Source: Gemmatimonadales bacterium | GTDB lineage: Bacteria > Gemmatimonadota > Gemmatimonadetes > Gemmatimonadales > GWC2-71-9 | Length of the DNA: 64,000 nucleotides | Assembly: GCA_041615815.1 (NCBI GenBank) | Contig: JBFJCP010000011.1 | Coordinates: 32,001-96,000, forward strand | Reading direction: 5' to 3' | Part shown: positions 9,536 through 17,877 of the stretch, in pieces | Layout of the letters: every line of letters begins with the position of its first letter | Position numbering within the stretch: position 1 is the stretch's first letter | Made by a program: the position numbers and the translations under genes | The notes under the pieces: model-generated | What the model saw: the letters and a program-made list of their open reading frames with translations, nothing else | Databases searched by the model: none | What the model was told of the DNA's origin: nothing

Positions 9536-10813
9536 ATGAGACGCGTTCCTAGCGCATTGATCGTGGGGTTAGCCCTAGCTCTTCACGCCTCGCTCCCGAC
9601 TCCTGGCACCGCCCAGCGGACGGCTGATCCGACCCAGCTCGCCGCCCATCTCTCGTATCTGTCCGCTGATGCGCGAGAGGGACGGGGCATCGGGACGGTG
9701 GGTCTCGATTCTGCGGCGTCCTATCTCGCGCAGACATTCGCTTCGCTCGGACTACAAATGCCAGGTTCGGGGGGCTTCTTCCAGACCTTCACCATCGACC
9801 CGTCCGCCACGATGGCCGCTCACAGCGACATCGGCAACGAGACCGTGCGAAATGTGGTGGGCATCCTCCCCGGCAGCGGGGCGCTCGCCGAGCAGGCGAT
9901 CGTGATCGGAGCCCATTACGACCACCTGGGCTATGGCGGCTCCGGGAGCCTCGATCCGGACAGCGCCGGCGTGATCCACAACGGTGCGGACGATAATGCC
10001 TCGGGCACGGCGGCCCTGCTCGAGGTAGCCCGACTCCTCGCGCAGCGCGAGGCCGGGCATCGCCGAACCCTGATCTTCGTTGCGTTCACCGCCGAGGAAC
10101 TGGGTTTGATCGGGTCCGCTCACTATGTCAAGAACCCTCCGGTGCCGCTCTCCTCGACCTACGCCATGATCAATTTCGACATGGTGGGTCGGTTGCGGGA
10201 CGGTAGACTGCTCGCGATTGGAACGGGGTCGGCACGAGAGCTGCCACAGCTCTTGGAGGCCGTGAACGGGACCCACGGCCTTACCCTCCGGCCGGTCGAG
10301 GACCCCTGGGGCCGAAGCGACCATTCCTCGTTCTATGGCGAGTCCGTTCCCGTTCTGCATTTCTTTACGGACACACACGAGGACTACCACCGCACCACGG
10401 ACGACTGGCCCAAGCTCAACATCGATGGCCTCGCTCGGATCGCGGAATTCGCCGCCGATCTCGTGTGGACGTTGGCGACGCGTGACGAGTCGCTGACCTT
10501 CGTGAATGTGCCACGGCCACCTCCGGCAACTGGCGGTGGTGGGTACGGAACCTACCTGGGCACCATTCCCGATATGAGCGAGTCTCCCGGCGGTGTCCGC
10601 CTGACGGGAGTGCGGGCAGGCAGTCCGGCCGAAGCCGCGGGTCTTCGCAAGGGCGACATTCTCATTCAGCTTGGCGAGCACACGATTGGCAATCTCTACG
10701 ACATGGTGGAGGCGCTGCGGGCGTATAAACCCGGCGAGGTGGTCACCCTGGTAGTGCTCCGAGACGGCGAGCGGATCGAAGCCACCGCGACCCTGGATCG
10801 GCGAGGTGGCTGA
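9536..10813 (+). CDS. Exported M28 family peptidase with C-terminal PDZ domain
   Basis: Signal peptide; GAHYDHLG, NGADDNASG, AEELGL, NFDMVG, SDH, DYH; PDZ segment YLGTIP...GSPAEAAGLRKGD. Confidence 0.92.
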   Translation: MRRVPSALIVGLALALHASLPTPGTAQRTADPTQLAAHLSYLSADAREGRGIGTVGLDSAASYLAQTFASLGLQMPGSGGFFQTFTIDPSATMAAHSDIGNETVRNVVGILPGSGALAEQAIVIGAHYDHLGYGGSGSLDPDSAGVIHNGADDNASGTAALLEVARLLAQREAGHRRTLIFVAFTAEELGLIGSAHYVKNPPVPLSSTYAMINFDMVGRLRDGRLLAIGTGSARELPQLLEAVNGTHGLTLRPVEDPWGRSDHSSFYGESVPVLHFFTDTHEDYHRTTDDWPKLNIDGLARIAEFAADLVWTLATRDESLTFVNVPRPPPATGGGGYGTYLGTIPDMSESPGGVRLTGVRAGSPAEAAGLRKGDILIQLGEHTIGNLYDMVEALRAYKPGEVVTLVVLRDGERIEATATLDRRGG

Positions 10814-11267
10814 GGCGGTCCTCAAGGCGGATCCCGTGGTCCGAGCCTTACATGCTGCGTTCTGCCGTGACGTCTCTCGCCAAGAGCTGCTCCAGCTGGC
10901 GGCGACCCGAATGCAGGCGTCCGGACCTCCGTACACCGGTGTCTACCTTTACATGCTCCACGAGCACGAGCTCGTGCTCGAAGCCTTCGCGGGACGGCCC
11001 ACGGACCTCACGCGCATCCCCGTGGGCACCGGGATCTGCGGACAGGCGATAACCGAGAAGCAAGACCTCAACATCCCCGACGTTCGACAAGCGGACGGGT
11101 ACCTCGCGTGCAGCATCGAGACCCGTTCCGAGCTCGTCGTCCTCATCCGACGCCACGAGGAAATCCTCGGCGAGATCGACATCGACAGCGACCTCCTCGA
11201 CGGGTTCTCCGAAGTTGAGGTGCGGTCGGTCCGCGAGGTGGCGAACGCCATCGCCACGCTCCTCTGA
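10806..11267 (+). CDS. Stand-alone GAF protein, free methionine-R-sulfoxide reductase-like
   Basis: RIPVGTGICG, YLACS..TRSELVV and GEIDIDS resemble MsrC/fRMsr. Confidence 0.75.
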   Translation: MAEAVLKADPVVRALHAAFCRDVSRQELLQLAATRMQASGPPYTGVYLYMLHEHELVLEAFAGRPTDLTRIPVGTGICGQAITEKQDLNIPDVRQADGYLACSIETRSELVVLIRRHEEILGEIDIDSDLLDGFSEVEVRSVREVANAIATLL

Positions 11268-11280
11268 GGTCCCGAAGCCG

Positions 11281-12123
11281 TTGATCCCCACTGAGCAAAC
11301 GATCCGCGTCCGTGGCGTTGAGATCTTCACGCGTCTCGTGGGGAGCGGTCCGGATGTAATCGTGCTGCATGGGGGCCCGGGCGCACACCACGATTATCTA
11401 CTCCCGCAATACGACGCACTGGCACGCCGTCGCTGTCTTCGGTATTACGACCAGCGGGGCGGCGGGCGCTCTCCCGTGTCGAGGGAGACGCCGGTGGGAT
11501 GGCGTGAGCACGTCGCGGATTTGGACGCCCTCCTCGACCACTGGGCGCTTGCATCGGCAACCCTGCTGGGATACTCCTGGGGCGGCCTACTGGCTTTGCT
11601 GTACGCCACGACCCACCCCGAGCGAGTGACGCGCCTGGCCTTGGTGTCTCCGGCCCCGATTGTGGTCGGCGACCGACACGAGTTCGAACGACGGTTCGCC
11701 GCGCGGTCCAATGCACCGCTCATTCAAGAGCGTAGAGCCGCACTCCGATCGTCAGGGCTCAGAGAACGAGATCCCGCGACCTACCGCCGGCGTCTCTTCG
11801 AGCTTTCCGTGGCGGGATATTTTGCGGACCCGGATCGCGTGCAGGAGCTCACCCCTTTCCGCGTCACAGAACGTACTCAACGCGCCGTGTGGCAGAGTCT
11901 CGGGGAGTACGACTTGCGCGCACAGGTTGCAGACCTCGCCGTGCCCGCGTTGGTGATGCACGGTCGGCACGACCCGATCCCATTCGACTCGGCCCAACGC
12001 ACGGCAACCCTCTTGCAGGCGCAGTTCGTGCCCATGGAGCACTCTGGCCATGCACCGCACGTGGAGGAACGCGCGCGTTTCGTCGAACAGCTCGACGCAT
12101 TCCTGCCTGCTACCGGTGAGTAG
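11281..12123 (+). CDS. Alpha/beta hydrolase, proline iminopeptidase-like
   Basis: LHGGPG, YDQRGGG, nucleophile elbow GYSWGG, HGRHDP, SGHAPH; TTG start inferred. Confidence 0.88.
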   Translation: MIPTEQTIRVRGVEIFTRLVGSGPDVIVLHGGPGAHHDYLLPQYDALARRRCLRYYDQRGGGRSPVSRETPVGWREHVADLDALLDHWALASATLLGYSWGGLLALLYATTHPERVTRLALVSPAPIVVGDRHEFERRFAARSNAPLIQERRAALRSSGLRERDPATYRRRLFELSVAGYFADPDRVQELTPFRVTERTQRAVWQSLGEYDLRAQVADLAVPALVMHGRHDPIPFDSAQRTATLLQAQFVPMEHSGHAPHVEERARFVEQLDAFLPATGE

Positions 12124-12781
12124 AACCACCCCCTTCGCTGTCGCCTTCGCAGGGTTGGTGGAACGTTTCGAGACCATCCAGCGTGAGGCGAAGACGGCGG
12201 GGGGGGACCTGACCGACCGGGTCCAATTTGCCAAGCTGCCAACGGTCCAACGTCTGCTCTCCGATGTCGCACAACCCGAGCTGCTCGAAGCTCATCCGGA
12301 TGCCGCGGACGAGTATCTCACCAGTATCTTTATCGGCTTCCGCTTCTGGGAAGCCGGTCAACCGATTGTCGCGATCGACAAACAGCGGTTCGAGCAGCAA
12401 CTGCACACCTCCGCGCCGGCAGACGTGCCCACGGTTCCGGGCGATGTGTGCTACCTACAATGGCCGCAACGGTGGTTTTGGGCACAGATTGCCCCCGATG
12501 CTCCACACGAGCCCCTCGACGGGGTGTTTGTGGCGGGGTCCGGCCCACGAGGCGAGCGAACCGTGATGGCGGTCCTCGGACTGCGCCCCGAGCGCCACGG
12601 CTTCAGCCAGCTCGTCGTTCGGGCAACCCCGCATGACTTTCTCGCGGCGCATCGAGAGCTTCGCTCGCCTCCGTTCAGCCCTACACTAGAGGGGGGGAAC
12701 GCCGCGGGCCTTCGCTCGCTGGTTTCCGTCGCCGAACTCCTTCACCTCGTCCTTCTCGCGCTCACTCACGCCACTGAGTAG
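12116..12781 (+). CDS. Hypothetical protein
   Basis: Fills the gap between the hydrolase and polX with an overlapping GTG start and protein-like composition; no family recognised. Confidence 0.7.
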   Translation: MSRTTPFAVAFAGLVERFETIQREAKTAGGDLTDRVQFAKLPTVQRLLSDVAQPELLEAHPDAADEYLTSIFIGFRFWEAGQPIVAIDKQRFEQQLHTSAPADVPTVPGDVCYLQWPQRWFWAQIAPDAPHEPLDGVFVAGSGPRGERTVMAVLGLRPERHGFSQLVVRATPHDFLAAHRELRSPPFSPTLEGGNAAGLRSLVSVAELLHLVLLALTHATE

Positions 12782-12797
12782 GTTCTTCGTAGCGGCC

Positions 12798-14525
12798 ATG
12801 GACAAGAAAGAAGTCGCCAGCACGCTGGAAGAAATCGCAGCGTATCTGGAGTTGAAAGGAGAGGACCAGTTCCGCGTGCGGGCGTACCAAACGGCCGCAC
12901 GTGCCATCGCCGCCTTCCAGGGAGACCTCCGAGAGGCCCTTACCACCGGTCAGCTCGCCGAGCTCAAAGGGGTCGGTCCCACGACGCTCGACATCGTCAC
13001 CCATGTGCTTTCCACGGGTACCAGCCCCGTTCTCGAGCAGCTGCGCGATCGGATTCCCCATGGGCTCGTCGAGATGCTCCGCATCCCGGGGCTCGGTGTG
13101 AACAAGATCCGGCAGATTCACGACACTCTCGCGATCGACTCCCTCGGAGAGTTGGAGACGGCAGCGCTCGACGGCCGTCTGGCCAAGTTGCCGCGGTTTG
13201 GGCCCAGGACCGCCGAGAAGGTCCTCCGGGGAATCCAATTCGTCCGCCAGGTCAGCGAGTTTCGGCTGCTCCACCACGCGCGTCAGGAGGCAGCGGCGCT
13301 GGCCGCCGCGCTCGCGGAGATGCCCGGCGTCGTCCAGGCCACGGTCGCCGGGAGTGTCCGGCGATGGCGGGAGTTGATTCGGGATCTGGATTTCGTGGTG
13401 GAGACCGACGGCCCGGCGTCAGGCCTCGTTGATCGACTCGGCATGGCGCCGGGCGTTCGTGAATTCGTGCTCCAGCACGACCGGGCGGTCACCCTCCGAT
13501 TCTCCAGCGGCACGGTGGCGGATGTGTACTTCGCCTCGGCGGCCGACCGGGGATTCCAACTGCTGCGCGCCACCGGCTCCGGCGAGCACCTCGTGGCGCT
13601 CAAGGCCCGCGCCGAGGCTCTTGGACTCCAATGGAGCGATCAGGGACTCATGCGCGGCCGCACGCTCCTCGTCACACGCAGCGAGCACGATGTCTATGAC
13701 CTCCTGGGACTACGGTACATCCCCCCCGAGCTGCGAGAAGGAAACGGAGAGGTGGAGGCCGCGGAGAAGGATCACCTTCCGGCGTTGATCGACGTCGACG
13801 ACTTGCTGGGGTTTCTCCACTGCCATTCCAACTATTCGGACGGCGGGAGTACGGTGGCGGAATGGGCGGACGCCTGTCGAGCAGCGGGATACGCGTACAT
13901 GGGGATCACCGATCACAGCGAAGCCGCCGCCTACGCCGGTGGGTTGGCTGCAGACCGGGTCGCCGCCCAGCATGCCGAAATCGATCAGGTCAATCGTCGA
14001 TACACGGACTTTCGCGTCCTGAAAGGCGTTGAAGTCGACATTCTGGCGGATGGCTCCCTGGATTACACAGCGGAAATCCGGGCGACCTTCGATTTCATCA
14101 TCGCGTCAATTCACACCCGTTTCGGGATGGGGAAGCGGGAGATGACCGATCGTATACTCACCGCCATGGACGATCCCTCCATGAGCATCCTGGGACATCC
14201 CACTGGCCGTTTACTGTTGTCCCGAGAACCGTATCCCATCGACTTGGACGCAATCTTCGAAAAGGCGGCCGCGGTGGGTGTTGCGATCGAGATCAATGCG
14301 GACCCACAGCGCCTCGATCTGGATTGGCGAGTGGCGCGCCGGGCGGCAGCGAAAGGTGTCACGATCTCCATCGGGGCGGATGCCCACAGCGTCACTGGCA
14401 TGGAACACATGGATCTCGGCATCGGCATTGCCCGCAAAGGCTGGCTCGCCCCGAACCAAGTGCTCAACGCCCTTCCCGTCGACGCCTTTCTCGAGCGTGT
14501 GGCCCGCCGGAGAGCAGCTCGATGA
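12798..14525 (+). CDS. polX: DNA polymerase X / PHP 3'-5' exonuclease
   Basis: FRVRAY, HhH motifs, AGSVRR..DLD, YIPPELRE; PHP ligands HCHS.YSDG, TDHS, GVEVD, GHPTGR, EINA, ADAH. Confidence 0.95.
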   Translation: MDKKEVASTLEEIAAYLELKGEDQFRVRAYQTAARAIAAFQGDLREALTTGQLAELKGVGPTTLDIVTHVLSTGTSPVLEQLRDRIPHGLVEMLRIPGLGVNKIRQIHDTLAIDSLGELETAALDGRLAKLPRFGPRTAEKVLRGIQFVRQVSEFRLLHHARQEAAALAAALAEMPGVVQATVAGSVRRWRELIRDLDFVVETDGPASGLVDRLGMAPGVREFVLQHDRAVTLRFSSGTVADVYFASAADRGFQLLRATGSGEHLVALKARAEALGLQWSDQGLMRGRTLLVTRSEHDVYDLLGLRYIPPELREGNGEVEAAEKDHLPALIDVDDLLGFLHCHSNYSDGGSTVAEWADACRAAGYAYMGITDHSEAAAYAGGLAADRVAAQHAEIDQVNRRYTDFRVLKGVEVDILADGSLDYTAEIRATFDFIIASIHTRFGMGKREMTDRILTAMDDPSMSILGHPTGRLLLSREPYPIDLDAIFEKAAAVGVAIEINADPQRLDLDWRVARRAAAKGVTISIGADAHSVTGMEHMDLGIGIARKGWLAPNQVLNALPVDAFLERVARRRAAR

Positions 14526-15175
14526 CGATGCGGCCCAATCTGCGAAACGCGCCGAAACGGATCGGACCGATCATCCGGAAACTCAAGAAGCAGTATCCGG
14601 ACGCGAGATGTGCCCTCCATCATGAAGACGCACTGGAACTCCTCGTCGCCACGATCCTCAGTGCGCAGTGCACCGATGTGCGGGTGAACCTGGTGACGAA
14701 GCATGTTTTCCAGAAGTACCGATCGGCGTCCGATTACGCCGAAGCGAACCCAGCGGAGCTCGAGGAGGAGATCAAGTCAACCGGGTTCTACCGCAACAAG
14801 ACGAAATCCATCCTGGGAATGGCCCAAGCCCTGGTGAAAGAGCACGCCGGCAGGGTGCCGCGCACCATGGAAGACCTGGTAAAGCTCCCCGGTGTGGGAC
14901 GAAAGACCGCAAACGTGGTGCTCGGCAATGCGTTCGGCATCAACGAGGGGATCGTCGTCGATACACACGTCAAACGGATCGCCAACCGTCTCAAGCTCAC
15001 AAAACAGAGCGACCCCGTGAAGATCGAGCCGGATCTCATGAAGCTCGTCCCCCGAAAGGAGTGGGCCCTGTTCTCACACCTCGTGATCTTTCACGGGCGG
15101 CAGATATGCAGCGCCCGGAAGCCCAAGTGCGAGATCTGTCCAGTCAACACGCTTTGTCCCACTTCCTCCGTGTAA
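14522..15175 (+). CDS. nth: Endonuclease III
   Basis: LLVATILSAQCTD, LPGVGRKTANV, VDTHV and a C-x6-C-x2-C-x5-C Fe-S loop; ATGA overlap with polX. Confidence 0.96.
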   Translation: MTMRPNLRNAPKRIGPIIRKLKKQYPDARCALHHEDALELLVATILSAQCTDVRVNLVTKHVFQKYRSASDYAEANPAELEEEIKSTGFYRNKTKSILGMAQALVKEHAGRVPRTMEDLVKLPGVGRKTANVVLGNAFGINEGIVVDTHVKRIANRLKLTKQSDPVKIEPDLMKLVPRKEWALFSHLVIFHGRQICSARKPKCEICPVNTLCPTSSV

Positions 15176-15197
15176 CGACGGCGCCGGTGATCAAATC

Positions 15198-15614
15198 ATG
15201 AAGATCGAGTTCGCCGTCGCCTGTGACTACGCGCTCGTCGATCAGCATGGGAAGCTCTCGGTGCTCGGCATCTTCCAGCATATCTGGGTGGCCCAGTTTC
15301 CTGCGGTCCATCGCCGCTTGTATCTCGTCATCCGCCTCAAGGGAACCCGCACCGAAGTGGGCGAGCACCCAGTGTCCATCTGCTTTCGTGACGAGGATGA
15401 CCACGACGTGTTGACGGGCCGAGGCACCGTCAATTTCTCCGAGCCTCCGGCCGGCGTTCTGGAGATCGAGGCCGGTGCCGTGCTCGTGTTCGACGTGCCG
15501 TTCGCGAAGGCGGGCCGTTATCGGTTCGAGATCACCGTGGACGAGGACGTGCGAACCGAGGTCCCCATCACGGTCGGCCATCGGCCTAGTTCACGCGCGC
15601 CTGAAGTCGCCTGA
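15198..15614 (+). CDS. DUF6941-like beta-rich hypothetical protein
   Basis: N-terminus ACDYA.VD..GKLSVLGIF and C-terminal F...GRYRFEI.VD pattern. Confidence 0.7.
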   Translation: MKIEFAVACDYALVDQHGKLSVLGIFQHIWVAQFPAVHRRLYLVIRLKGTRTEVGEHPVSICFRDEDDHDVLTGRGTVNFSEPPAGVLEIEAGAVLVFDVPFAKAGRYRFEITVDEDVRTEVPITVGHRPSSRAPEVA

Positions 15615-16062
15615 TGGCGGTCATCACGGGCAGATGACCCGGCATCTTGTCCGATGCTCGAGTCAGCTCCGCAAGCGCCTCGAGCAGCTCCCCACGACGT
15701 TCGTAGATGCGTGCGAGATTGACGTGCGGAAAGTGCGGGGCTTCGTATCGCGGGGCCTCGGTGGCTTGCTGCAGCCAGGCAATCGCTTCATCGTCGCGCC
15801 CCAACTGCATCAGGTACGCGCCAATGTCGTTGTACGGATTGCCAAACGTGGGGTCGACGACAATGGCACGCTTGCACTCGGCAATGGCCTCTTCATAGCG
15901 CCGCTGCATACTGTAGACCCATCCGAGGAACGTATGCGCTTCCGCGGTGGGCCGCGCGGCAATCGACGCTTGGTAAAGCCGGATGGCGTCGCCAAGATTG
16001 CCGGCTCGCTGGCACTCGTAGGCGCGCTGGAATAGCTTGAGCGCCTGCTCCGGGTCATTCAT
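15586..16062 (-). CDS. Small TPR protein
   Basis: TPR repeats AEAHTFLGW, AIAECKRAI.VDP.FGNPYNDIGAYL, PHVNLARIY. Confidence 0.88.
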   Translation of the reverse strand: MNDPEQALKLFQRAYECQRAGNLGDAIRLYQASIAARPTAEAHTFLGWVYSMQRRYEEAIAECKRAIVVDPTFGNPYNDIGAYLMQLGRDDEAIAWLQQATEAPRYEAPHFPHVNLARIYERRGELLEALAELTRASDKMPGHLPVMTAIRRLQARVN

Positions 16063-16098
16063 ACACTAACTAGAGAAACTACCCTTCGCGCACGCCCC

Positions 16099-17877
16099 GT
16101 GAAGTCCCGCAACCTTTCTTGGGTCATCCTCGCGGCCGCAATCGCGCTGCTGGCGGTGGCGTACGATCTGGACGGCTATCCGCTGCTGGACCCCGATGAG
16201 GGGCGAAACGCAGAGGTTGCCCGCGAGATGGCCGCCGGCAACGACTATGTCCTGCCTCGTCTCAATGGTCTCCCATATCTCGACAAACCAGCACTGTTCT
16301 TCGCCGTGGAAGCCGCGCTGATGGAGGTCATGGGACCGACGGTGCTCGCCGCGCGTCTCCCCTCCCTCATCTTCACGCTGGCCACCCTCATCGTCGTAGC
16401 CTGGTTCGGGAAGCGACATATTGGTCTCGACGGCGGCCTGGTAGCGGCCGTCGCGACGGCCACCACTCCATTTACGCTCGCGTACGCCCGCACGGTCATC
16501 TTCGACAGCACCCTGACGTTTTTCATGACGGTGGCGATCGTTGGCTTCTATGAAGCCGTCGGACGGATGGAAGGGCAGAAAGACGGAGAGCTGAAAGTGG
16601 GACGCGACGACCCTTCTGTCCCTCCCACCTTCCAACCGTCACCCGGAAATGAGGCGGGGAGTCGGGGAACCTACTGGTCCGCCATCGCCTGGGCCGCGGT
16701 GGCGCTTGGCGTTCTGACCAAGGGTCCCGTGGCCCTGGCGTTACCTCTGATGATCGGATTGCCATTCGCGATCTCACGACGGGCGTCCCGAGCCGTCGCC
16801 GACCCCATCGGCATCCTGCTGTTCGCCGTCATCCTGATGCCATGGCTCATCGCCATGTCCCGGCGCATCCCTGAATTTCTCGAGTATGCCCTCGTCACGG
16901 AAACGTTGGTGCGTCTCACGACACCCGCACTCGGGCGAAGTGAGCCGTGGTGGTATTTCCTCCTGATTCTTCCCGCCGCCGCGCTTCCATGGACCGTAGT
17001 CGTGCTGAGCGGATGGCGAGCGATCCGCGATCGCATAAAGCAACGGGATGCCCTCGTCACACTGCTCACGATCTGGATCGCGGTACCCCTGATCTTTTTC
17101 TCTCTGTCGAATTCGAAACGCCCGCAGTACATCCTGCCGCTGATTCCAGCCATCGGGTTGCTGGTTGGGCTCCTCGCTGCCAAACACAAGGGCCGTTTCC
17201 CGGGGGCGCGTGCCGCCGGAGCCTTCTTGTGCGTGCTCGGCGCCGGACTGATTGGCGCGCACCGGTGGATCCCCGCAATGGTCGCGGCTACCCCCGCAAT
17301 CGCCACCACCATCCCGCAGACGGCCGTAGCGCTCGGACTCATCTGCGTGGCCTGTGGGACGGGGGCGTGGTGGTTCGCAGCCGAGCGCATGCGAGTAGTC
17401 CTCATCCTGTGTCTTCCCGTAGCGTGCATTCCTTTTATCAGTCGCGCCTTGATGGACGAAATCGGTGTGGAGCGATCAGCGCAGCCAGTGGCCGAGGCCG
17501 TCGGTCCACTCGTCACACCCGCCAGCGAAATCGTCGCGATCGAAGCCTTTCCTCTCTCTCTCCCCTTTTATCTGCGCCGCACACTCACCGTGGCCACTCA
17601 CGATGCCCGTGTCATGACGAGTAATTACCTCATGCGCCATCACGAGCGGTGGAGACGCGAGTCCGGCACGACCCTGCGCCCGGGAGACTGGTGGTTGGAG
17701 GCGCTCGCTGAGTGCCCCCGACCCACACTCTTCATCGTTCAGAGTGCTGACCGCCGAGCCCGGCCCTTGCTGGACAGTCGGCTCGAGCTGCTGATCGACA
17801 CGGGCCGATACGCCGCCTACGGACCGTGCGGGTCCAGCGGCCTCGCGTCTCGACCGCCGCTCCCTGGAATCGAGTAA
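16099..17877 (+). CDS. ArnT/PMT-like (GT-C) membrane glycosyltransferase
   Basis: DPDEGRNAEVAREM, YLDKPALF, ARLPS, LTKGPV, PWWYF, FFSLS.SKRPQYILP. Confidence 0.9.
   Translation: MKSRNLSWVILAAAIALLAVAYDLDGYPLLDPDEGRNAEVAREMAAGNDYVLPRLNGLPYLDKPALFFAVEAALMEVMGPTVLAARLPSLIFTLATLIVVAWFGKRHIGLDGGLVAAVATATTPFTLAYARTVIFDSTLTFFMTVAIVGFYEAVGRMEGQKDGELKVGRDDPSVPPTFQPSPGNEAGSRGTYWSAIAWAAVALGVLTKGPVALALPLMIGLPFAISRRASRAVADPIGILLFAVILMPWLIAMSRRIPEFLEYALVTETLVRLTTPALGRSEPWWYFLLILPAAALPWTVVVLSGWRAIRDRIKQRDALVTLLTIWIAVPLIFFSLSNSKRPQYILPLIPAIGLLVGLLAAKHKGRFPGARAAGAFLCVLGAGLIGAHRWIPAMVAATPAIATTIPQTAVALGLICVACGTGAWWFAAERMRVVLILCLPVACIPFISRALMDEIGVERSAQPVAEAVGPLVTPASEIVAIEAFPLSLPFYLRRTLTVATHDARVMTSNYLMRHHERWRRESGTTLRPGDWWLEALAECPRPTLFIVQSADRRARPLLDSRLELLIDTGRYAAYGPCGSSGLASRPPLPGIE
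16562..16640. repeat. Imperfect inverted repeat with 8-nt period inside the ArnT-like CDS
   Basis: Left arm GACGGATG GAAGGGCA GAAAGACG GAGAG; reverse complement of right arm GACGGTTG GAAGGTGG GAGGGACA GAAGGG. Confidence 0.65.
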
